64,000 nucleotides of DNA, from contig OZ024747.1 of NCBI GenBank assembly GCA_964016885.1, forward strand, positions 89,838,001 to 89,902,000, in the 5' to 3' direction. A model generated the notes under the pieces. It had not been told where the DNA came from and did not search any database. It saw only the letters and a program-made list of their open reading frames with translations. Of the stretch, positions 14,700 through 28,182 are shown one piece after another. Numbering within the stretch: the first letter of the stretch is position 1; each line of letters opens with the position of its first letter. Position numbers and translations under genes: made by a program. This stretch comes from Eledone cirrhosa. Its lineage: Eukaryota.

Positions 14700-15266
14700 T
14701 TTTACCAACCTGATAGTATGAAATGCAAACTTAATAATCAGTGATATTTGAACTCATAGAGCAGACAACCAGAATAAATACCACGCAATACATGAAAGAT
14801 TTTATATATGTTCATTCTGTTATGTGGTTTAGTAGTCTGCAGTTGAGCTATCCTCAACAGACATTTTATAAAAATATTTTGAAAATTTATTAACTATAAA
14901 GTTATTATATAAATAGAGCGTTATTGACATTTATAGTCAGAATGCCAAATTTTTCTCAGTTGTTCAGTGTGACTACTATAATATATTTTTGTATGTCAAT
15001 AACAGTCAAAAAGAGTTTGATATGACAGTTTATAATAAAATTGTTCTCCTACTATGGCTTATAGGTTATAAATGAATCTTATCTCTAATGTACAATATAT
15101 AGAGGTTCAACTTTTGAATGATAATGTTGTCTGATTCAGCAGATCTAGGATCAAAGGCATTCTGTCCCTGACTGTTTCATATTTTCATACATGGTTTAAC
15201 TCAGACTCTATTGTTCTATACACCATTCATTTGTTATTGTTTATCTGAAAGTCAATGTGATCCAGT

Positions 15267-15556
15267 CAGAGGCATAACTAGGGAAAATAGCGCCTATGGC
15301 AAGCTGTGAAATTGCGCCCTTGCCTAGCACTGTATTTTTCCCTATGGGCCTAATAATTTATATAAATAGTTTGATGATCCAGCCACCATAGTGTTCTCAC
15401 TCATGATAATCAGAGAAAGATCATACATCTGAAGGAGTTTCTTTTTTCATGAGGCTTATTTGACTTTAATAGAACATGCTCCTAGTTCAAGTGGTGCCCC
15501 TTTCATGTGGCGCCTATGGTATGTGCCATGCTTGCCATACCTTAGTTACACCTCTG
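15267..15556. mobile_element. hAT-type MITE
   Basis: TIRs CAGAGGCATAACTAGGG / CCTTAGTTACACCTCTG; imperfect 8-bp TSD gatccagt / gatccatg; internal gcgcctatgg repeats. Confidence 0.7.
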
Positions 15557-15659
15557 GATCCATGCATGCCAGTCTTTCTACATGCCACTGATGTTATCCA
15601 AGTGAAAGACAAAGGCTGATACAGCTTGGCACCATTATATGATGCATGTGTATGAACAA

Positions 15660-15980
15660 CAATGTTACATGGTAGTGAGGCCTAGGCACTGTGTGCAGAG
15701 GACCTGTGAAAATTAGAAAGAAATGAAGCTTGCATGCTTCGATGGATGAGTAATACATGAATGGCAAAGCATAAATGAACTGAGTGAGAAACTGGGCATA
15801 AGAAGGTTCAGATGCAGTGTTCTAGTGAGAAGATTGTGCTGGTATGGACATGTGATGCATAAGAAGGATGACAGCTCTATAAAAAGTTGCAGAATGCTCA
15901 AAGTTGATGGAGTAAAAAGACTTGGGATGAGATGATAAAAGCTGACCTTGCATAATTGCACCTCTCAAAGGCAATGACTA
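15660..15980 (+). mobile_element. Decayed RTE-clade LINE fragment
   Basis: MLHGSE...LERNEACMLRWM and RRLCWYGHVM motifs with stops and frameshifts. Confidence 0.8.
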
Positions 15981-17700
15981 CCTCACTACCATATAACATA
16001 ACTGTTCATATACATGTATCATGTGTATTCTAATCTTTTGTGGATGAGAAGCCCCCACCCTGGGCACCCCCAAAGTCTAACTCCAACCCTTATCTAGGCT
16101 GTTTAGTTTTACGATTGTTAAAATTTTTAATTTAATACCTGTAATGTATAACGTTTAAATTTCAATTACATGCGCCAAGCTAACTTTCACATGTAAAATT
16201 GGGTGGGAAAGGTGTGCTGTGTATTCTAATTGTTTGTGTATGAGAAACCCCCCACCCCCACCCCACATACACACAAACTTGAAGGACCCTAGCCCCCAAG
16301 TTTAAATCCAATCCTGGCTATTTTAGTCACAAGTGAATCTTGGTGTACACCATTTCCACTTCCAATAACTCATTTGTTGCAGTTCTCGGCTTCAGTACTC
16401 AACAATTTACCCAATTCATCATCCTCAGAATTATAGGGAAATCCATTGATGCTTATATTTTCATTCCAGCTACATATAATGTCCATATAATGTCGATAAA
16501 GTTAGTGCTATCCTTTCATGTAGAAAGGCCAGAAATGACATGATCACTGCTTCATTTATGAATGACTAATAATTTAACAAAAAAAAAAAATATTGCTATT
16601 TGTTTTATTTGTTACCAATACTACTACTACTACTCTAACTATTACATCTACGTCACTCTGACTACCACAACTACTAGTATATCTATTAGTATAATGTCTA
16701 CTACTGCAGCCACTGCCATACCATTTATTGCTAAAATGGAATTATATTGTTTATTACAAATATAGATGGTATACAAAGCTTCAAGTCTTCAAGGTACTAA
16801 TGTATTGTGAAATACAGCTGCTCTTAGCTTTCACAGGTTTTATTCTCTTTTCTACCTTATCTATGCACTTTAGCATGTAGTAATTTGCTCCTTATCTCTA
16901 TTGTGGCACAAGGTGTTCTGGCATTCTGCTAACTCCATGCTGCAAAGGACAATTCTACGTTTTCCATTAATGAGTTTTCTATTCTCTGTTTTAAGTTGTT
17001 GGATCCTTTTATTCATTGTTCTGATGAAATGGAAAAATGAAATGCTAGCATCTTGATGTTACTGACATTTCACATTTCAATACTGAACATCTAACTGTTT
17101 AAAGTACATTGCTTATTTCACCATAATGTTTCACTTAGTAATACAATTTCTTCTTTGTAGCATTGAACATATGAACACTTCAGGTTTTATCTTCTCTGTG
17201 TGTGTGTGTTTATGATTTATTAAATACTGTTGAGGTACAATTTTTCCTTTTGTTCTTCTAGAATCAATAAAATAAATTACTAGTTAACAATCAGAGCAGC
17301 TGTAATATTCTTCAAGTCTTGTACTACATGGAATCACATTAGCAAGGCATTTATAAAAAGTGCAAAACATTAAAAATTAAAGTCTTTGCACCCCAAATGT
17401 TCACAACAGTCTCTATCCTAGTAAAGATACTATAAGGTTTTAAATAAATATTATGATTTATCGAGGCATTTGGATGATTTGAAATTAGAAATGTTGAAAT
17501 GCAAACACAGATTCCCGACAATGACCATAGCATTAGAAAATCATATAAAATACCCTAATTGACATAAAATAAGGAGTCAACAGCCACTATTGGCTACTCA
17601 TCTCTTATTTTCTATCCCTAAAGTTATTTTAACTGAATTTCAAATGCTATTATCATTATAGTGAAAGTTTTAGTATTTTCTGCTAAACCCTTACAGGATG

Positions 17701-17918
17701 TTAACCCTTTAGCATTTAAATTACAATTGTATTTTTACAGTAAACACTTTATTTCACGTAATTATTTCACATAATATCGAATATACAAGATTTTAATATT
17801 ATTTATTTTGAGAACAATACCATAACATAAGTATAAGCAGCCAGGTACCGCTGGTTTGAACAGAAAGAGGTGAGAGAATTCTGGCCGGATATGGCTGGTT
17901 TAAATGCTAAAGGGTTAA
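17701..17918 (+). mobile_element. piggyBac-type MITE (family 1, ~220 bp)
   Basis: TTAA|CCCTTTAGCATTTAAA ... TTTAAATGCTAAAGGG|TTAA termini with TTAA TSD. Confidence 0.85.
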
Positions 17919-18230
17919 GAGTTAATAAACTGTCTTTTACCATAAATATGTGGACATGTACAAATGTTGAAAAAAATCACAATCTTATCGGAGCGCCGAA
18001 TCTAGAGAGGTTTTTTTAATATATACTCAGTTCCCTTACTGTTAATGTATTTCTAATGTACTTTTATATTTCTTTTCATTGTGTTTTATTGGATTTTTTT
18101 TTCTCTCTTGTTATATATAAGTTTTTGGGCTGTGTATGTGTAATTTTTTTAATCCAGTCATGGAGTTGATAAAATAAATAAGTACCAGTGAACTATTAAT
18201 GATGAGGATGAAACATATATACATACATAT

Positions 18231-18459
18231 TTAACCATTTACCATTTACATTACTCTATATTTACTACTATATTTTCACGGTAAAGGCTTTACCTCACAT
18301 GATTATTTCACATAATATCGAATCTATGCAATTTTGATATCATTTATTTTGAGAAAAATACCTGAACGTCTGTATGAGGGGTCAGTTATAACCGGTTTGA
18401 AGAGAAAGAGATGAGAGAACTTTGGCCAGATACAGCTGGTTTAAATGCTGAAGGGTTAA
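18231..18459 (+). mobile_element. piggyBac-type MITE family 1
   Basis: Same body and TTAA-flanked termini as 17701. Confidence 0.8.
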
Positions 18460-18477
18460 AGTGTAAACACCCTCTTC

Positions 18478-18792
18478 AGTCACAAATGACCATGGGTTTT
18501 ACACCTAGAAAGTTCCCTGCCAAGACACATGCCCAGGCATGACGTTTTTGTGGAAGACCAGCAGTTGTCCATGCATACAAGTCTCCCCTCTGCACGCCAC
18601 CGATGTTGTCCAAGGGAAAAGCAAAGGCCGATACAGCTCGGCACCAGTGACGTTGCAACTCATTTCTACAGCTGAGTAAACTGAAGCAACATGAAATAAA
18701 GTGTCTTGCTCAAGGACACAATGCAAAGCCTGGTCGAAGAGTCAAACTCATAACCTCACAATTGTAAGCCTAATGCTTTAACCACTAAGCCA
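18478..18792 (-). mobile_element. tRNA-SINE family (other copies 27265-27460 -, 60095-60418 -)
   Basis: Shared body gaccatgg..cacctagaaagttcccc..tgtggaagaccagcag and a tRNA-like head on the minus strand. Confidence 0.78.
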
Positions 18793-18839
18793 TATATATA
18801 CATATGTATATTTTTGTTCATATATACATATATAATTCA

Positions 18840-19198
18840 GGCACATGGCTTAGTGGTTAGAGCATTGGCCTTGCAATCGAAAGGTTGTGAGTTCAATTCT
18901 CAGACTGGGTGATATGTTGTTTCCTTGAGCAAGACACTTTATTTAACATTGCTCCAGTTTACTCAGCTGTAGAAATGAGATGATAGGACTGGGGTCCCTA
19001 TCATTCCACTGCAAAAGTGGTCGTGGAGGTGCCACGGAAAAAAAGCACCCAGCCCACACTGTAAAGTGGACATGTAGGAGCCACGGAAAAAAAGCACCCA
19101 GCACTCACTGTAAATAAGGTTGGTGTTAGGAAGGGCATCCAGCCAGAATCAGTTCCCGTCCCACCCTTGCAAGCAGGGAAAAGCGGACATAAAATGAG
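18840..19198 (+). mobile_element. Composite tRNA-SINE with RTE-like tail (second copy 39550-39882 -)
   Basis: A/B boxes, CORE-like block, ~38-bp internal repeats, aggaagggcatccagc motif; near-identical inverse copy at 39550-39882. Confidence 0.8.
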
Positions 19199-19451
19199 CA
19201 TATATATACATATATAATTCTAATTTTTTCTAAGCTTTTTTCAAATAAATTTCAAATAAATATATTTGAAATTACAGCTCTATATTATTCTTATGTCTGT
19301 TACTACTGTTGATCATTCTACAGACCTGCATCTGTCTTATGTCTGCTACTACTGTTGTCCAGTTAAGGGTTATTTAGGCCCTCATCCCCCCACCAACTTC
19401 ATGATTTAATTGCTATATATATTGGGTTCCAAGTAAAACAAAAATATTCTT

Positions 19452-19970
19452 CATATGTATGTATGGATGTGTTTGTATGTGTTTGTATGTATCTATGTAT
19501 ATATGTGTTTGAATGTATGTTTGTATGTGTGTATGTATGTTTGTATGTATGTGTATGTATTATATGTTGTTTGTATGTATATGTATGAATGTATGTATGT
19601 TTGAATGTATGTTTGTATGTGTGTATGTATTTTTGTATGTATGTGTATGTATTGTATGTTGTTTGTATGTATATGTATGAATGTATGTATGTTTGAATGT
19701 ATGTTTGTATGTGTGTATGTATGTTTGTATGTATGTGTATGTATTGTATGTTGTTTGTATGTATATGTATGTATGTTTGTATGTATGTTTGTATGTATTT
19801 AGGTATGTACGTATGTAGGTATATATATATGTTTGTATGTATGTATGTATGAATGCATATATGTACTCGTATATATGCATATATGTATGTATGCATACAT
19901 ATATGTATGTATATATGTTTACATGTATGTATACATATATGTATATGTACATGTATGTATGTATGTATGA
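19452..19970. repeat. (TATG)n-derived compound microsatellite
   Basis: Tetranucleotide run with ~90-bp higher-order duplications. Confidence 0.9.
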
Positions 19971-20333
19971 ACTTTTTAATATTACTAGTTTCAGACATTA
20001 GACTGACAACATTCTTTGACACCATCATAAGTCAATCATATCGATCCCAGTACTTATTTTATCAATCTCTTCTTGACCAACTGCTATATTAGAGGGCAAA
20101 AACAGACACTGACAGAAACATAAATACAGACATGGACACTCACTAAATGACATACACAAGTGTATATGTATATCAGGGCCGTGCTTCTACTTCTCCCCCC
20201 CCCCTCTCTATATATATAAAGTGTATACCAGCGTTGCGTTTTTACTTCTCTCTATATATATACTATATATATATAATATATATACACTGGTAATTATTTA
20301 TATATATGTGTGTATATATAAAAGTATGTATAT

Positions 20334-20416
<83 letters not shown>

Positions 20417-20988
20417 TATATATATATAAAAAGTGTATACCAGGGTTGGGTTTTTACTTCTCTCTCTATATATACTATATATATACAGTGGTAATTATTT
20501 ATATATATATATGTGTATATATATATAAAAGTATGTATATAACAATATATATATAACTATGTAGATAACTATGCATATATATGTATAATTAACTATATAT
20601 GTACACACACACATACACACTGTGTTCTTTTATGGTTGATCTAGATCTTATTTTTTGGCTTTTTATTTTTATTTATAGATATGAATATTTATTTACATAG
20701 TTACATCACTATGGTAAGACTCATATAAAAATATTTCAAAGCATAGTTTATGGTTTATCAAAAATAGAAAATACCTTCATTTATCAAACCTGCAGCTGTT
20801 TTGAATAAACTGTTTTATTTTCAAAGCTACTATTTTTAGTATTTTGTTTCAAACTAAAGTTAGTCATACCATGAACACATGATATATGGGTATATGGGTA
20901 TATGTTTGTGTTTATGCACTTATATATATATATGATGATATATATATATATACATATATATATTTAAATATATATATATATACACATG

Positions 20989-21039
<51 letters not shown>

Positions 21040-21740
21040 ATATATGCATGTATGTATGGATACATATAAATAAATAAATATATATATATATATAATGATA
21101 TATACATGTATGTATATATGCATATATATATATGTATGCAGAAAGCAAATGACAGTACAATGAAAAAATATATTAGTTTTACGCTTGATAGGAAAAGAGT
21201 TTTAACATTTCCAAAGCTGATCCTTCATCAGAAGATAGAATGAGAAATTAAAGAAGGAATAGAAAGATAGAGGAGAATGGGCAGTGGTAGAACAAAAAAT
21301 ACATGGCTTGTCTTAACTGCAGACCGTAGCACCTGAAGGAAGTAGAGGAGTGGCTGCACTCTTTCAGAAGCACAACTTGCCCCTCAAGCAGAAATGATTT
21401 AATGTCTATTTTTTCTTGTTTACATGGGTTGGACAGGTTGTCATGTTTTGAGACAAGTCTACAGCTTCATGTGCTTCCTAACACCAATCATGTTAGAGTG
21501 TGGATAGGGTGATTGTTTGTTTTTTTTTATTTTTTTATTTCACTAGCACGCCGAACTTACAGAATGGATTAGTGGCTTTTTGTTGTGTCTCCAGCATGAC
21601 CAACTTAGAGGGTGGACTTGTGGCTTTTTCTAGTGTCACCAGCATGACTAACTTACAGGGTCAACTAGTAACTTTTTGTTGTGTCACTAGCACAACCAAC
21701 TTACAAGGTGGACTTGTAATGAAGATCTAACACCTCGTCC

Positions 21741-21778
<38 letters not shown>

Positions 21779-22007
21779 CTCTGGTTAGTACAACACCTAT
21801 ATACCTACTGGAAACTACTCATTGAGTGGTCACTTTAATGGACCTACAGCAACTGGACATGGCAATCCCTAAACTATTTATACATACATACATATATATA
21901 TATATATGTATGCAAGCGTGGAAGATGGACGTTAAACGATGATGATGATATGATATATATACACACACATACATATATACTTACATTTGAGAGTATATAT
22001 ATATACG

Positions 22008-22039
<32 letters not shown>

Positions 22040-23066
22040 CATTTGAGAGTATATATACATATATATATATTATATATATATATATATATATAGACATATA
22101 CAGACATATACTCTCAAATGTTTTTTTTATTACAGCAAATGGAAATAAAATCACATTTTAGATGGGGGGGGGGGGGATATTTATATTTATATTGGTATTG
22201 AGTGTTTTCAGTGTTTTCTTTTTCTATTTTCATAGAACCACACACTTCATTCAAGATCACCATCACCCTCCCTATCATCAACCCTTTCAACCCCACCACA
22301 CCTGCCGTACACTCACGACATCTTATATGTCATGCTCGCCCCACCTATTGTCATCTACCCATAACATCAAACTTCCATCCTACCTACCTAACCCTCCTAC
22401 TCCCCCACCCCATATATAAATATGAATAAAAACATTTTTTAATATTTATACATGATTATTATTTTATATATTAATCGGTAGAGCGTCAGAACAAAATGCT
22501 CTGTGGCATAGAGTTACAGCGCTTTACGTTCTGAGTTCAAATCCTGCAGAGATTAGTTTCGCCTTTCATCATTACAGGGTCGATCAAAAATAAAGCACCA
22601 GTAATGCACTGGGGGTCCATTTAATCAACTTTCGCCTCCCCCCCAAAATTGTTGGACTTGTGTCTACATCAGAAACCATTATTTCATATATTAATGTTAA
22701 TATCTTGCCTCAAGTGGAACAAAATCGTCAAACCCATGATAGCATGGAAGATGGATGTTATACGATGATGATGATGATGTATATATTTATATATATATAT
22801 ATATATATAATTTTTGATGGTTTAGTAATTTTTATAGATTGTCTCAGTTGATTTTATTGAAAACCAGAATTAGTCATTTAGTTTACATATTGAGACCCCC
22901 CATCCATCCTATTTATTTTATAACGTATGGGATGTTTAGTAAAGTAATTTCTTTGTCATATATAATGTTTTATTTAATGTATAAAGAAAATGAATTGTCG
23001 CAGGAATGCTACCACTGAAATTATATTTACTGGAGTGAGGTAACGTTAACAAATAAGTCCTGATTA

Positions 23067-23340
23067 TAATAACAATAATGAAATTATTGTGTACTGTGCT
23101 CAGGTGTACTACAACTCATCAAAAGTGTATGTATAGTACATAGAATAATGTCAAATGTCAGGAAAGTGAACAGTGTATGAGTCATGATATACATGTGTGC
23201 GTGTGTATGGAGGGGGAATATCAGATGTAGTGGTGGAAAATTTCGGGAAGCATGAAAGTTTTGAAGGGTGCAGGGTCCCGACAGCTAACAACTGATGCAG
23301 ATGGTTTGTTCTATGCTTCAGCAACTCTCAGCATGAAAAC
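23067..23340 (-). mobile_element. CR1-clade LINE 3' end
   Basis: Minus frame LRVAEA*NKPSASVVSC...FKT (decayed RV...WNxLP..VV...FK), then a 3' UTR with an (ATT)n-like tail. Confidence 0.7.
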
Positions 23341-24029
23341 AAAACAACTTTTATATTCTCATCTCTTCAAAATATTGTAAAATATAAAAAGTTTTATTAA
23401 TAAAAATCAAAAAAATCATAAACAAATCTATTTCAAATAACAACAACACTACAGGTATTTAAAAATGGAAAATGAAGGGAACGGCAAAGGCTCTGGGGTC
23501 ACAAGAATGGGAGGGGAGGGGCTGTAGGCCTAGGGTGTGCCAGTGTTGGGGCTGTGCCCTGCAGACTATAGCCAGCGACACCCACCACCAACAGCCACCC
23601 CACTTCGCAGATCTCCTTCCTCAGATGGGCTGCTGATGTTCCTATCTTGCTGAGAATCTTGGTAGTAGGGGCGTCCAAGTATGCCTGATATCTCGACATT
23701 GACCAGTGCAAAGAGGAAGTGGCCGGACAATCCTCAGTATAGTGTTTATATGTAAATAAATATTAGGTTCATTTGAAAATCACAGGCAGTTTTCTTTTTT
23801 ATTAGAAAAAAGGGTTTAATCTTTTTCTCCTAACGCCAAGTGTGGATTTTTTTTCTCGTGACTGCATTTTTATTTATTTATATCATTAAACTTAGTATCC
23901 TGTTTCCTTGGTTTTCATATTTTACCTAAAATTTAAATATACTTTTTTTGAATTTTGTGCTTTATTGGATCTCAAATATTTACATATCTCTAATATATCC
24001 AGTTTTCTTCAGATAAATACTATGCCTCT

Positions 24030-24442
24030 CCCCCACCACCAGCGATACCACTACCAACAACAACACTAACACCACCACCTCCTCCAACACCACTACTATT
24101 ACCACCACCACCCACAATCACATCTACCACCTCCAACACCACTACCGGTACCACATCACCACCACCACTACTACCATCAACACCACCACTACCAACACAA
24201 ACTCAACATCACCAACACCATTATCACCACCGATACTACCACCACACCACTACCACCAATAATAACATCACCAACACAAACGCAACCACCAGCATCACCA
24301 CCACCATTAGCACCATCACTACCGCCACCACTACCAACATCAACACCACCACTACCACCAACAACATCACCACCTCCACAATCACCACGACCACCACCAA
24401 CACCACCATCACCAACATCATTACCACCATCACCACCACCAC
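24030..24442. repeat. Degenerate (ACC)n microsatellite
   Basis: Imperfect acc/aac/atc trinucleotide run. Confidence 0.9.
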
Positions 24443-25034
24443 ATTATTTCACTATCTCTCCTGTATTACCTTCATTAAGTTTAACAACGTGTTAACAGAT
24501 TTGCTTGTTGTTTTTTTAATCACGAACAGTACAGTTACAGTGCAAGGGACATAACTCGTTTAGAAAATATAATAAAAATTATGTGCACTTGTTGAGTCAT
24601 AATTCAATTATGTATGCTGAATCTCTCCCTCCTTTTCTTCCCTCATCTCTCTCTCTTTTGTCCTCACACACTCTCTCTCTTTGCTTATTTATCTATCTGT
24701 ATACTTTTCGCTTTCTTTGTCTTACACCGAACACACACAAACAGGCACACACACACAGACACACTAACGGGCACAGACTTATACAGGTACACACACACAC
24801 ACAGTTACGGCGTCTATGATATAAAATGTTGACATTGTCTCTTGTCCCTTAAAAAACGAAACTTAAGTAAATGTATAAATAAATAAATACTTTTAGCTCT
24901 GTTTCTTATTCTTTCCGTTGTTGTTATCGCTGTTATTGTTTAACCCCAGGACAGTCTTAATTTAACAAACCTTATTATGATCACATGCATCAAGCATGAC
25001 TATTATTACATTAGAGAAACCTTGAATTATATAA

Positions 25035-25243
25035 ATATATCGACAGTCGATCGACTTTCGGCAAATCGGACCGAGGAAACAATGTTTCCGTTAGTCTTTC
25101 CAATTGTTGATACTCTCTATCGGTCGTAACTCCAGGTAGAAGGACCAACGTGAAATAAAGTGTCTTGCTTAAGGACATAACACATTACCCGATCAAGGAA
25201 TCGAACTCACAACCTCATGATTGCGAATCCAATTCTCTTACCA
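25035..25243 (-). mobile_element. tRNA-derived SINE (CORE-like)
   Basis: Inverted partner of 25257-25472 with B box gagttcgattcc on the minus strand. Confidence 0.8.
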
Positions 25244-25256
25244 TATATATATTTGT

Positions 25257-25472
25257 GAAGGCGTGTGGCTGAGTGGTTAGAGAATTGGATTCACAATCTT
25301 AAGGTTGTGAGTTCGATTATTGGACCGGGCGATGCGTTATGTCCTTGAACTAGACACTTTATTTCACGTTGCTCCTTCTACATGGAGTTGCGACCTATAG
25401 ATAGTACTAGCAACTGGAAAGACCAACGGAAACATTGTTTCCTCGGTCCGATTTGACGAAAGTCGATCGATC
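25257..25472 (+). mobile_element. tRNA-derived SINE (CORE-like)
   Basis: A box tggctgagtgg, B box gagttcgat, then the CORE-like tgtccttga..agacactttatttcac. Confidence 0.8.
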
Positions 25473-25478
25473 CTTACT

Positions 25479-25516
<38 letters not shown>

Positions 25517-25518
<2 letters not shown>

Positions 25519-25618
25519 GGATGTCCCAAGAAAATGTATACATACTTTGGCAGCATTCTAATAAATATTGCCTCTACAGGTAGTCAAAGTGTGTATACAT
25601 TTTTTTGGTGACACCCTG
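25517..25618. mobile_element. Tc1/mariner-type MITE
   Basis: ~33-bp imperfect TIRs CAGGATGTCCCAAGAAAATGTATACATACTTTG / CAAAGTGTGTATACATTTTTTTGGTGACACCCTG. Confidence 0.65.
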
Positions 25619-26460
25619 CATATGTGTGTGTGTGAGAGAGAGAGAAAGAGAGCTTTCTCTTTATAAGACGTTTATGGTGGGAATGCTTGAAAGATTTCAC
25701 TGCTATTTGTAGGAGGTCGAGCGATCTCTGTGGCTTGTTGGTCTGTCTATTTATTCATCAGGGTGTTATGCAGACGAAAATATAAGTAACGTAATGAGTA
25801 ATAAAAAAACTTATATAAAAATAAATAAATATCATCGACATTAAATTTACTAGAAACTGCTGTGTTGTTATTAGCAGCTAATATTTGTTCTATTTAATAT
25901 TGAGGAGGCATAATTTCCAGCTGTACCACGACTATTAATTAATATTAGAATCGATTGAGATGAAAATGAACGCAGATTTAAACTTCCTGTATAAGTAGTC
26001 GGCTGCTACCTAAGAAAATCTCGTAAAATTTACTACAACTATAGTAGTAAATTTATTTTGTTACAATTAAACTGAAAATATTAAATTTATAATTAAACAG
26101 AATACACCTTGAAAAATTTATTAAATATTTTCGAATTTATATTGAAGAAAATAATTTTTGATCTCATATCCATTAATATCCATGGTTTCACCAATTTTTG
26201 AAAGAGGTGATGTTTTTTTATTTTTATTTTATTTTTTTTTCATTTTAATCTGATTACTTTCTTCCAGAAAATTAAGCTTTTGATAATTTATTCAAATAAA
26301 ATGTTAATCGAGCCTTCAAACATTTCTCCACAAATATAAACCTAAATATTCTTCTTCTAAATTTTTTTTTTTTCAGTACCTTTTTTTCTAAAACAAAGAA
26401 TTTACCATTTAAACACACGGGAATATGGGATGCAAAAGTTATATCAATATTAAAGTTTTT

Positions 26461-26518
<58 letters not shown>

Positions 26519-27052
26519 TAGAAATAACCAAAGAGTGCTTAGAAATACATTGTTTTATTAGCTAACAGTGTTTCATCCATACACGTTTGTCAACGAAACA
26601 TATATATATATATATAGTTCAAGGAGACAACAAAGAGAGGTACAAAAAGTCTTATTAGCTTTATATTGGAAAGAGGAAAGAAAGTTTGACATGTTGGGCT
26701 TAAGCCCTTCTTCTTAAGTACAAAATAGATTACCCACGGACCTTGAACGTTTGGATATATATATTTGACCCCAAAAATTCTGGCCCTATCAAATAACATT
26801 TGGATATATTTCCGCATTGTTTAATGCCAACTATTATTCTTTGCAGCTTGTAATTTCAGTAAATAAAATTATATATAGTTTTAATTCATATATCTCATGG
26901 CACTTATTTGCCAAATCTCTGAATCTATTTAAATTTATTAAAATGTGCTTTTTTTATGGTGAAGTTTAAAAAAAATATATATATATATATATATTAGGTA
27001 ATTTCAAAGAAAAAGCAAAGGAAAAAGGAGTGCTCTATGTATAGAACAGAGC

Positions 27053-27204
27053 TATTTAATTAGAAAGTGAACAACACAAAATATAACTACTCCATTACCA
27101 AAAATGTCTGTCTAATGACTGATCCAGGCGTATACTAATATTGTCTGGGATCCAGAAACCTTTGGTATTGGAGTAGTTATATTTTGTGTTGTTCACTTTC
27201 TAAT

Positions 27205-27210
<6 letters not shown>
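27053..27210. repeat. Fold-back element ending in (TA)n, with a decayed hammerhead-like motif in the spacer
   Basis: 50-bp arms 27053-27102 / 27161-27210; spacer reads CTAATGA..hairpin..GAAA cc ttt gg TA. Confidence 0.7.
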
Positions 27211-27263
<53 letters not shown>

Positions 27264-27881
27264 AGGCTCCTATCGGTCATGAATGACCATGGTTTAGTAC
27301 CTAGAAAGTTCCCCTCCAAGGCACAAGTCTGAGCAAGGTTTGTTTGTGGAAGACCAGCAGTTGACCATGCATAGCAGTCTCCCCTCTCCATGCCACAATG
27401 TGAAATAAAGTGCCTTGCTCAAGTACACAATGCTCTAACCATTAAGCCATGTGCCTTCACACATTTATATATGTGTATGTAATATATATATGCATATATA
27501 CATATATAATATACATACATACATACATATAGTTTTACCTTTTAATTATTATTTGTTTTCCCCACTTTTCGTAGACCTTATATCTTTCACTGTAGTGGTT
27601 CTCTACTCCTTGATATATACACCATTTAGGCAGAGCTAACAATAAATAGCCATTGTTTGCTTAAACGAATCTTAAAAGCCAGGATTGTCCCCCCCCCCCC
27701 CAGTGTGAACCTGTCTACAGACACTTACCTTGAATTTTTTCTGCCTTTGTTACTCTAAATATAGATTTTAAAGAATTCCTTTTTCTTTAAATCCATCAAC
27801 CAATGACCTCCACCCGTCCCAATCACCACCCTCTTCTACCACTAGAAAAGATATAAATACCACCATATTACTTGGACAGTC

Positions 27882-27932
27882 GGCTTCCTGATGATTTCTC
27901 CCGACTGAAACAGTTCTAGTCCTGTAGAAGCC
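27882..27932 (+). ncRNA. Type I hammerhead ribozyme motif
   Basis: ggcuuc CUGAUGA uuucucccgacu GAAA cag uucuaguc cug UA gaagcc. Perfect 6-bp stem I, 3-bp stem III, GUA triplet; stem II does not pair well. Confidence 0.65.
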
Positions 27933-27959
27933 ATTTCTATATTAAATATATATATATAT

Positions 27960-28182
27960 AGTAATAATAATAAATTTGAAGACTAAAATCCAAAGAGGGC
28001 TCGATAAGGATAAATATATATCAAATATATAAGAACCATAGAGCAAATATTTATTAAAATAACAGATTAAAGTTTAAGCAAAGAATCGCTGCTTTCACCC
28101 TTAACGGGATCTTCTGAAACTGTTTCAGAAGATCCCCTTAAGGGTGAAAGCAGCGATTCTTTGCTTAAACTTTAATCTGTTA

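Noticed and set aside
17016-17058. CTGATGA...GAAA tgctagca TC motif
   Set aside because: The core and a palindromic loop III are present, but stems I and II cannot pair.
18840-18910. tRNA genes (also 25257-25330, 39810-39882)
   Set aside because: A/B boxes are present but there is no closed acceptor stem, and each continues into a SINE body.
26182-26206. Possible first exon MVSPIFER with an upstream ETS-like acttcctgt at ~25982
   Set aside because: Weak donor (gtgatg), and phase 1 is incompatible with the next identified exon.
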